Positions 15,794 to 23,041 of a DNA stretch of 64,000 nt are shown here, piece by piece. The notes below the pieces were generated by a model. It ran no database searches. It saw nothing but the letters and a program-made list of their open reading frames with translations, and was not told where the DNA came from. Within the stretch, counting starts at the first letter, position 1; each line of letters begins with the position of its first letter. This DNA is from Acidobacteriota bacterium (GTDB taxonomy: Bacteria > Acidobacteriota > Polarisedimenticolia > Polarisedimenticolales > JAIQFR01). Made by a program: the position numbers and the translations under genes. The stretch is taken from the NCBI GenBank assembly GCA_041494445.1, contig JBGQAU010000003.1, forward strand, positions 1,018-65,017, read 5' to 3'.

Positions 15794-16619
15794 CGGCCGG
15801 CGTGGACCCGCGGTGTTCTCTCTCGAGAACGCGGGCTTCGCCTACGAGCCGGGGAGGGATGCGCTTCGCGCGGTGTCCCTCACCGTGGACCGGGGCGACC
15901 GGGTGGCGATCCTCGGCGCGAACGGGGCGGGGAAATCCACGCTCCTTAGGGTCCTGGCCGGGCTCCTCCATCCGAATCCCGGGACGCTGCGGGCGTTCGG
16001 CGAGGAGATCAGCGAGCCCTCGCTCAAGGACCGTGAAACCGCGCACCGCTTTCGCCGCCGCGTCGGCCTCGTGTTCCAGAACGCCGACTCGCAGCTCTTC
16101 TCGCCGACGGTCCGCGACGAGATCGCCTTCGGCCCGCTCCAGCTGGACCTGCCGCCCGACCAGATCGAGCGGAGGATCGCGGACCTCGCGGGGATGCTGG
16201 ACCTGGTGGACCTCCTCGACCGGCCGCCCTACCGGCTTTCGGGCGGCGAGAAGAGGAAGGTCGCGCTCGCCTCGGTCCTGGTCGTGAACCCGGACGCGAT
16301 CCTGCTGGACGAGCCCACCCAAGGGCTCGACCCGCGAACGCGCGGCTGGCTCCTCCACTTCCTCGCGGACCTGCACCACGCGGGGAAAACCCTCGTGACC
16401 GCCACCAACGACCTCGAGCTCGTCCCCGACCTGGCGGACCGCGCCCTCGTCCTGAACGAGTCCCACGGGATCGAGGCCGAGGGGCCGGTCCGCGAGATCC
16501 TCGCCGACGCGCGCCTGCTCCAGTCCGTGAACGTGATCCACGAGCACGCCCACCACCACGGCGAGCGGCTCCACGCCCACCCGCACTTCCACGGCACCGA
16601 CCACGATCACGATCACTGA
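15786..16619 (+). CDS. cbiO: ECF transporter ATPase (CbiO/NikO-like) with His-rich C-terminal tail
   Basis: Walker A GANGAGKST, signature LSGGEKRKV and Walker B ILLDEP are present. The tail is HEHAHHHGERLHAHPHFHGTDHDHDH (nt 16539-16616). The start overlaps the upstream gene by 8 nt. Confidence 0.9.
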   Translation: MASGRRGPAVFSLENAGFAYEPGRDALRAVSLTVDRGDRVAILGANGAGKSTLLRVLAGLLHPNPGTLRAFGEEISEPSLKDRETAHRFRRRVGLVFQNADSQLFSPTVRDEIAFGPLQLDLPPDQIERRIADLAGMLDLVDLLDRPPYRLSGGEKRKVALASVLVVNPDAILLDEPTQGLDPRTRGWLLHFLADLHHAGKTLVTATNDLELVPDLADRALVLNESHGIEAEGPVREILADARLLQSVNVIHEHAHHHGERLHAHPHFHGTDHDHDH

Positions 16620-16635
16620 AGCGGCTGCGGCGCGG

Positions 16636-17517
16636 CTACATCGGCTCGACGCCGACGATCCAGGGCTCGAGGCGGCGTCCCCAGCGGACGCGGACCTTGT
16701 AGCGGGGCGGGCCGGATCTCTCCTCCATCCCCGGCTGACCCGGCGTGGCGACGGTCAAGGAAGCCCCGGCTTGCCGCGCTCGGCGGTCGCTCGCTACGAG
16801 CGAGTCGAGGAGCGCGGTCTTCCCGTGTGGAACGTGAACGGCATCGACCAGGAGCATGCGCACGTGGCCGCGCAAGGTCGCCGGCTTGGCGATCTTCTTG
16901 TCCGCGTCGAGCTCGATGAGCGGCGCGACGATCCCCCGTGCCAGGATGTACCGGGAGCGGTCGGTGTACCGGCGGCGCAGGTCGGCGAGATCGAGCCCGG
17001 CGTCGACGACGAAGAGCCGCGTCGCCGAGGTCCGCTCACGCTCGAGCGGCCCCCGGATCTCGCCCAACCTCCTGTCGCGGGTGGGCGCATCCGTCGACTC
17101 GTGGATTTTTCGCTCGGCCCCCTCCGACTGCTGCTCCCACGCGACGATCCACTTTCGCCAGGCCTCGCCCTCGTATTCGAGGACCAGGACGACCTCCCGA
17201 GGGAGCATGCGCTCGTAGTGCTCCAGCGCTGACGGTGCCTCGACCGGGTAGCTGCAGTCGAAACCGAGACTCTCGAGCTTCGCTCGATCGAGCCACATCG
17301 TGTCCGGGGAAGCGGGGTAGCGCGGCCCGCGCCAGTTGATATGGAGAGCGAGGCCGTTGCTCTCCTCCTCGATCCATCCCGGGAGAGAAAGTTCCCGCTC
17401 GGTGAGCACGACGTCCGCGTCCGGCTCCCCGGCGCGGTTTCGCGCGACACCCAGGAGCGTGATCGCGGCGGCGACCAGCACCCAGGCGATCGCGAGGATC
17501 GGCCCCCACCGTCTCAT
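16636..17517 (-). CDS. Membrane-anchored hypothetical protein (N-terminal TM helix, periplasmic domain)
   Basis: 293 aa from MRRWGPILAIAWVLVAAAITLL. The start overlaps the upstream stop (ATGA), which suggests translational coupling. No catalytic motif was recognised. The listed 473-aa ORF is an upstream shadow extension. Confidence 0.6.
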   Translation of the reverse strand: MRRWGPILAIAWVLVAAAITLLGVARNRAGEPDADVVLTERELSLPGWIEEESNGLALHINWRGPRYPASPDTMWLDRAKLESLGFDCSYPVEAPSALEHYERMLPREVVLVLEYEGEAWRKWIVAWEQQSEGAERKIHESTDAPTRDRRLGEIRGPLERERTSATRLFVVDAGLDLADLRRRYTDRSRYILARGIVAPLIELDADKKIAKPATLRGHVRMLLVDAVHVPHGKTALLDSLVASDRRARQAGASLTVATPGQPGMEERSGPPRYKVRVRWGRRLEPWIVGVEPM

Positions 17518-18599
17518 GCCGCGACCTTCCTCATCGCGCCCTGCAGCCGGCGCAGCAGCAGGAGGATCCCCACCGCCACCGCCCCGAGGATCAGGAAGAA
17601 CAGCCACTTCGGCATCCAGTCCCACCACCACTCGAAGAACTTCACGTAGAGGAGCACGACGAGGAACGCCGTTCCGAGGACCGTCGTCTCGGTCCACCGG
17701 CTGCGCACCCCGACCCAGACCGCCACCGCGCCCACCGCGAAGCCGACGAGTTGATAGAAGATCTCGACGGCGCCCGAGGGGAGATCGATCCAGCTCAAGT
17801 GTCCCACGCTCGCCAGGATCAGAAGCGGAATGAAGATCGCGAGCAGCCCGGTCGTCCGGTACAGCTCGGGGAACGAGGGCAGTGAGCGGTGACGAGCCGT
17901 CGCGGGGATCGCCAGCAGGAGCGCCCCGGGAAGGAACAGGCTCTCCGGCCTCTCCAGGAAGTTGCCCCAGTAGCCGCCGCCCCAGCCTCCGAGGCGCCCC
18001 GATACGAACACGGTGACGGCAATGATGGCCACGAGAAGCAGAAGCCGCATGCCGCACGTGTACGCGAGGACGCCGGCGAAGAGCCCCCAGGCGAGGAACG
18101 CGTCGGGTGATGGGCCCATGTTGAAGAGGTCGCCGAGCATGAGCAGGGTCAGCCCGAAGCTCGCGATGGCCACGAGTCCGACGATCCCGGAGAAGTAGAG
18201 CGTCTTCTCCCGGCGCGCGGCGAACTCCATCCCGACGACCGAGAGGACCGGCGCGGATACCAGCAGCGCGACCTGCGCCCAGGTCGGGATCGCCCCCCAG
18301 AACCGGTAGAAGAAGAAGAACACCGCGAAGGACAGCGCGACGGCGCCCAGGAACGAGGCGATGCGCATCCCGAGGGACAGCTGTTTCTCCGCTTCGGAGC
18401 GGTCCACGTCGAACCGCCCGGCCAGGCTCTCCAGCACCTCGTCGTGGTGGTGCCGTATCCGCGCGCCGACCTCCTCCGGGAGGACGGCGACCCCGCCCGT
18501 CTCCAGCTCCCGAAGCTCGTCGCGGAACGCGCGGATCCGGTCCGCGCGCTTCTGCGCCTCCTCGCGGGTCATGGGGGAATCGGGCCGCTCCACGGTCAA
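17514..18599 (-). CDS. Polytopic inner-membrane protein with N-terminal cytoplasmic helical region
   Basis: 361 aa. A charged N-terminal helix (REEAQKRADRIRAFRDELRELE) is followed by about 9-10 hydrophobic segments. It is coupled to the downstream gene. Confidence 0.65.
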   Translation of the reverse strand: MTVERPDSPMTREEAQKRADRIRAFRDELRELETGGVAVLPEEVGARIRHHHDEVLESLAGRFDVDRSEAEKQLSLGMRIASFLGAVALSFAVFFFFYRFWGAIPTWAQVALLVSAPVLSVVGMEFAARREKTLYFSGIVGLVAIASFGLTLLMLGDLFNMGPSPDAFLAWGLFAGVLAYTCGMRLLLLVAIIAVTVFVSGRLGGWGGGYWGNFLERPESLFLPGALLLAIPATARHRSLPSFPELYRTTGLLAIFIPLLILASVGHLSWIDLPSGAVEIFYQLVGFAVGAVAVWVGVRSRWTETTVLGTAFLVVLLYVKFFEWWWDWMPKWLFFLILGAVAVGILLLLRRLQGAMRKVAA

Positions 18600-18665
18600 C
18601 GCGGGCTTCCTCCTGCTGCGCTTGCGCCGAGTCTTTCAGCGGACCTCCCCGAAGTCAAGCGCCCT

Positions 18666-18674
18666 TGATAGAAT
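18666..18674 (+). promoter_or_regulatory. Extended -10 promoter candidate upstream of the formimidoyltransferase gene
   Basis: TGaTAGAAT at 18666-18674, about 26 nt upstream of the ATG at 18700. Confidence 0.3.
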
Positions 18675-18699
18675 CCTCCTTCACCCACGGGGAGATCCC

Positions 18700-20382
18700 A
18701 TGAAGCTCATCGAGTGCGTGCCCAACTTCAGCGAGGGCAGGAACCGGGCGGTCGTCGACGCGATCACCGCCGAGATCTCGGGGACCGAGGGGGCGGTGCT
18801 CCTCGACGTGGACCCCGGCGCGGCGACGAACCGGACCGTGGTCACGTTCATCGGCCCGCCCGAGGCGGTGGAGGAGGCGGCCTTCCGCGCGATCCGGCGC
18901 GCCGCGCAGCTCATCGACATGTCGAAGCACTCGGGGGAGCACCCCCGCATGGGAGCGACCGACGTCTGCCCGTTCGTGCCCGTCCAGGGCGCGACCATGG
19001 AGGATTGCGTCGAGATCGCGCGCAAGCTCGGGAAGCGCGTCGGGGAGGATCTCGGGATCCCGGCGTACCTCTACGAGGCGGCCGCGAGCCGGCCCGGCCG
19101 TAGGTCGCTGGCCGACATCCGCAAGGGGGAGTACGAGGCGCTCCCGGAGAAGATGAAGGACCCGTCCTTCGCGCCGGACTTCGGCCCCGCCGTCTTCAAC
19201 GAGCGGAGCGGCGCCACCGTGATCGGCGCCCGCGAGTTCCTGATCGCGTACAACTTCAACCTGAACACGCGGGACAAGAAGCTCGCCCACGCCGTCGCCC
19301 AGGAGCTCAGGGAGGCCGGCAAGCCCAAGCGCGGCCCGGACGGGAAGATCGTCAAGGACGCCGAGGGCAGGACGGTCAACGCCCCCGGGCGGTTCAAGGA
19401 GTGCCGCGCGGTCGGCTGGTACATCGAGGAGTACGGCCGCGCGCAGATCTCCATCAACTTCACGAACTACAAGGTCACGTCCATCCACGAGGTGTTCGAC
19501 GCCGCCCGCGCGGAAGCCGCGAAGCGCGGCCTCCGCGTGACCGGGAGCGAGCTGGTGGGACTGATCCCGCTCGACGCGCTCCTCGCGGCGGGGGATTACT
19601 ACCTCGCGAAGCAAGGGAAGACCACGGGCGTGCCGGAGAGGGAGCGCGTGCACGCGGCGATCCTCTCCCTCGGCCTCGCCGAGCTGGCTCCGTTCGACGC
19701 CCAGCAGAAGATCATCGAGTACCGGTACCGCGGCGCGCCGAGGGGCTTGAAGGCGATGCGCCTGACGGAGTTCGCCGACGAGCTGTCGAGCGACTCCACC
19801 GCCCCGGGAGGCGGCAGCGTCGCCGCGCTCGCCGGCTCCCTCTCGGCGGCGCTCTCGAGCATGGTGGCGGCGCTCACCTGGTCGAAGGCGGGGATGGAAT
19901 CCGTGCGGCCATCCATGAAGGAGATCGGCGTCGAGGGGCAGCGGCTCAAGGACTGGTTCCTCGAGGCGGTGGACCGCGACACCGACGCGTTCAACGCGGT
20001 CCTCGCCGCGATGCGCCTCCCGAAAAAGACCGAGGAAGAGGCCGCGGAGCGCCTCGCCGCAATCGAGAAGGCGAACCAGGGCGCGGCCCGCGTTCCGCTC
20101 GAGGTCGTCGAGCGATCCGTGCGCGCCCTCGAGATGGCCGTTGCGGTCGCGCGGGACGGGAACCCGAACTCGGTGTCCGACGCCGGGGTCGCCGGCGCGT
20201 GCGCCCTCGCCGCCGCGGAGGGGGCATCCCTCAACGTGCGCATCAACGTGCCGAACCTGACGGATGCGGAGGTCGCCGGCGAGCTGCTCAAGGAGCAGGA
20301 GCGCCTCCTCGGCCGCGCCCGCGAGCTGGCCGCGGAGGTCCGCGATACGGTGGACCGCGTGCTGGCGCGCTCGGCGAAGTGA
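18700..20382 (+). CDS. ftcD: Bifunctional glutamate formimidoyltransferase / formimidoyltetrahydrofolate cyclodeaminase
   Basis: 560 aa. MKLIECVPNFSEGRNRAVVDAI…NRTVVTF…HPRMGATDVCPFVP is the formiminotransferase signature. The C-terminal half (APGGGSVAALAGSLSAAL…DTDAFNAV…) is cyclodeaminase-like. Confidence 0.9.
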   Translation: MKLIECVPNFSEGRNRAVVDAITAEISGTEGAVLLDVDPGAATNRTVVTFIGPPEAVEEAAFRAIRRAAQLIDMSKHSGEHPRMGATDVCPFVPVQGATMEDCVEIARKLGKRVGEDLGIPAYLYEAAASRPGRRSLADIRKGEYEALPEKMKDPSFAPDFGPAVFNERSGATVIGAREFLIAYNFNLNTRDKKLAHAVAQELREAGKPKRGPDGKIVKDAEGRTVNAPGRFKECRAVGWYIEEYGRAQISINFTNYKVTSIHEVFDAARAEAAKRGLRVTGSELVGLIPLDALLAAGDYYLAKQGKTTGVPERERVHAAILSLGLAELAPFDAQQKIIEYRYRGAPRGLKAMRLTEFADELSSDSTAPGGGSVAALAGSLSAALSSMVAALTWSKAGMESVRPSMKEIGVEGQRLKDWFLEAVDRDTDAFNAVLAAMRLPKKTEEEAAERLAAIEKANQGAARVPLEVVERSVRALEMAVAVARDGNPNSVSDAGVAGACALAAAEGASLNVRINVPNLTDAEVAGELLKEQERLLGRARELAAEVRDTVDRVLARSAK

Positions 20383-20435
20383 GCCGCCGGGCGGAAGCCC
20401 CGGTCTCGTGCCGAGGACGCCGTGCGCGTGGCCGC

Positions 20436-23012
20436 CTACGCCGGCAGCGACGACCAGTCGAGCTTGCCGGTCGCGACACTCGCGACGATCTTCCGGAAGA
20501 CCTCCTTCGGCCACTTGAGGACGCCGTCCACGACCAGGAGGTCGTGCCGGATCGAGATCCCGAAGAGGTCCTCGTTGAGCCTGAGGTACGGCAGGACCAC
20601 GTTCCAGTCCGCCTGCTTGAACGGCACGAAGCTCGCGCCGTTCAGCTGGTCCTCGGTCACGGTGTGGTACGGGTCGTTGAGGTAGCAGGCGCCGCCGGAC
20701 GCCAGCGAGAACAGGTTGTTCCCCGGGTACTTGGTCTCGAGCCCGATCACCTCGCCGCCGCCGTCGTAGGCGAGGCCGTTGATCACCACGAACCCGCCGC
20801 CGAGCTGGTCGCCCGCCATGAAGCTCTCGGCGCAGTAGTCGAGGCAGGTGCCGTTCAGGATCGCGCGGATCCTGCCGACCGCGTTGATCAGGGGCCGCCC
20901 CGCAGCGGAGCCCATCACGAACGCCTCGCCGCCCTTCGCCCCGTAGAGGAACGTCTGCCCGACGCTGCCGAAGACCACGATCCGTCCGGCCTTGAGGATC
21001 TGGCCCACCTGGTCCTGGGCGTCGCCGTGGACGACCAGCGTCGCGCCGTCCATCCCCGAGCCGAGGTAGTCGCCGCTCGAGCCGTAGACGTCGATCCGCA
21101 CGTCCGACGTGTCGGGCCCCAGCCCGCAGCCGAGGAAGCGGTCTCCCCGAGCGCCGTAGACCACGAAGCGGCGCCACCCGGCCGCGTGCGCGGCGACGAG
21201 AGCGCGCGACGTGGACCCCGGCCCCTCGGGGTCGAACCCTCGCGCGTCCACGACCAGGCACGCGTCGGCGGCGGGGCCGGGCGGGGCCTCCGCCGATTCA
21301 CGCGTGAGCCGGACCGCTCCCCGGCCGTCGGCCTCCGCGGGGCCGGGGAGCGCGTCGAGCTGCTCGCGGATCGCCCGGTCCGCCGCGGCGAGGATGAACG
21401 CGCGCCGCTGCCCTCGCGCCGGCCACCGGCGGTCGCGCAGGAACGTCAGCGCATCGAACGTCGCGCGCCAGCCCGCGCGACCTCCCTCGCTCCCCGCCTT
21501 CGCCGCCCCTTCCGCGAACGCTCCGAAGTCGCCGCGCCGGAGATCTTCCATCAGCGGCTGCGCGATGCGCCCTGCCGCGCCGCCCGAAGCGAGCGCGGTC
21601 CCGAACGGGACGCCGGGTAGCTCGCCGCTCCCCTCCGGCCCCCACTCGTCCCCTTCCGCCGCGGGCGCCGCGGCGGGCCGGCCGGGGCGGACGAGAACGT
21701 GCGGCGCGCGCTCCCGCGCTCCCGTCGTTCCGGCGGTCACCTCGCTCCCGAACTTGTCCCGCACGTCGAGGACGGCGCCGCCCCCGTTCCGCCTCACCGT
21801 GAAGGCGAACGCGCCGCCATCGGTGCAGCTTCCCCCGCGGGCGTTCCAGTACCGGTCCGCCACCGGCGGGACGCGCGGGTCCTCGGCGGCGAGCCCCTCG
21901 AAGAAGGCGTCGATCGCCTGCTTCTCCGAGGCGATCGCACCGTAGCTCTCGTCGCCGACCTGCATCGAGAACACTTGCGGCCGCAGCATCGAGACGTCCG
22001 TGATCCCGATGAGCTGCGGCGCGAGGGTCTTGGGCTCGGCGCGGGCCACGATGAAGAACCAGGGGCCGTCGGGGGAGCCGTGGAGGTGCGACGCCTGGAT
22101 CGCCCGGTAGATCCGCTGGCGCCGCTTGCTCAGCCGCTCGAAGTCTCCCTCGGGCGTCGGTGCTAACGCCTCGATCACGTATTCGAGCGGGTAGCCCAGG
22201 ACCCGGGTGTACAGGTCGAAGAGGAGGACCGAAACCTCGGTGTCCGTGACGAACAGCGGAACGATGCCGCGCTGGCGGAGGTACTCGGTCACCGCGTGGT
22301 AGTTCGCGAAGTCGCCGTTGTGGACCAGCGCCTCGTGGAGCCCCGCGAACGGGTGGGCGCCGCCCGGGTGCCAGACGCGGCCGCGCGTGGGATAGCGCTG
22401 GTGCCCGATCCAGAGATGGGCGAGGCGATCCTCGAGCCGGTAGAACCGCGCGATCTCCTCGGCGTACCCCACCCCCTTCAGGATCATCAGGTCGCGGCCG
22501 TGGGAGAGGACGAACGCTCCGGGACGCTCGCGGACGTAGTAGGTCCGGTTGAGCCGGAAGCTGTTCTGATAGACGATCTCGTCTTCGGCCGCCCCGCGGT
22601 CCTCGATCCCGGTCTCGGCGCGGAAGGCGTCCAGGACGTCCTCCCGCACCCGGGCGAAGTAGCGCCAGACCGCGGGAGGCCGGATCGAGAGACCGGCCTC
22701 GCGGTGGTCGTCGAGGCTCTCCTGCCGCTCGACGTGGGCGACGTCGAAGCGGGAGAAGATGAATTCCCTCTCGATCTCCTCCCGGAGCCCTTCCTCGAGG
22801 TACGCCACGTGGATCGCGTAGTGCTCGCGGAGGTCGCCGAAGAGGCCGACGGCGGCGACGCCACCTCCCTTCGCGTTTCCCCGGTTCCTCATCTGACAGC
22901 AGGGACGGATGATGAACCGGCCCGGGAGCTGTGCCGTGCCGACGATCCCGATGACGCCGCATCCCCCCTCGAGGGTCCGGCGCTCCTGCGGCATCCCGGA
23001 GACCAGGCGCAT
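20436..23012 (-). CDS. Class-II (Ntn) glutamine amidotransferase fused to a GXGXG (GltB C-terminal/FwdC-like) domain
   Basis: A short propeptide precedes CGVIGIVG. GATase-II matches include HQRYPTRGRVWHPGGAHPF…VHNGDFANY. After a long Ala/Gly/Pro linker comes VVYGARGDRFLGCGLG…VYGSSGDYLGSGMDGATLVVHGDAQDQVG…VFGSVGQTFLYGAKGGEAFVMGSAAGRP. An alternative start is at 22994. Confidence 0.85.
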   Translation of the reverse strand: MRLVSGMPQERRTLEGGCGVIGIVGTAQLPGRFIIRPCCQMRNRGNAKGGGVAAVGLFGDLREHYAIHVAYLEEGLREEIEREFIFSRFDVAHVERQESLDDHREAGLSIRPPAVWRYFARVREDVLDAFRAETGIEDRGAAEDEIVYQNSFRLNRTYYVRERPGAFVLSHGRDLMILKGVGYAEEIARFYRLEDRLAHLWIGHQRYPTRGRVWHPGGAHPFAGLHEALVHNGDFANYHAVTEYLRQRGIVPLFVTDTEVSVLLFDLYTRVLGYPLEYVIEALAPTPEGDFERLSKRRQRIYRAIQASHLHGSPDGPWFFIVARAEPKTLAPQLIGITDVSMLRPQVFSMQVGDESYGAIASEKQAIDAFFEGLAAEDPRVPPVADRYWNARGGSCTDGGAFAFTVRRNGGGAVLDVRDKFGSEVTAGTTGARERAPHVLVRPGRPAAAPAAEGDEWGPEGSGELPGVPFGTALASGGAAGRIAQPLMEDLRRGDFGAFAEGAAKAGSEGGRAGWRATFDALTFLRDRRWPARGQRRAFILAAADRAIREQLDALPGPAEADGRGAVRLTRESAEAPPGPAADACLVVDARGFDPEGPGSTSRALVAAHAAGWRRFVVYGARGDRFLGCGLGPDTSDVRIDVYGSSGDYLGSGMDGATLVVHGDAQDQVGQILKAGRIVVFGSVGQTFLYGAKGGEAFVMGSAAGRPLINAVGRIRAILNGTCLDYCAESFMAGDQLGGGFVVINGLAYDGGGEVIGLETKYPGNNLFSLASGGACYLNDPYHTVTEDQLNGASFVPFKQADWNVVLPYLRLNEDLFGISIRHDLLVVDGVLKWPKEVFRKIVASVATGKLDWSSLPA

Positions 23013-23041
23013 GCGGGAGCGGAGGATCGCGCGGGCGTCGC

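Noticed and set aside
13813-16287. 824-aa plus-strand ORF, and a 309-aa minus-strand ORF at 14788-15717, across the cbiM-Q/cbiO region.
   Set aside because: They are Arg/Gly/Pro-rich with no domains. The alternative frame gives clear CbiM/CbiQ/CbiO motifs.
18655-21620. 868-aa minus-strand and 739-aa plus-strand ORFs overlapping ftcD and the GATase-GXGXG gene.
   Set aside because: They have shadow-ORF composition (RGPA-rich). The real frames carry diagnostic motifs.
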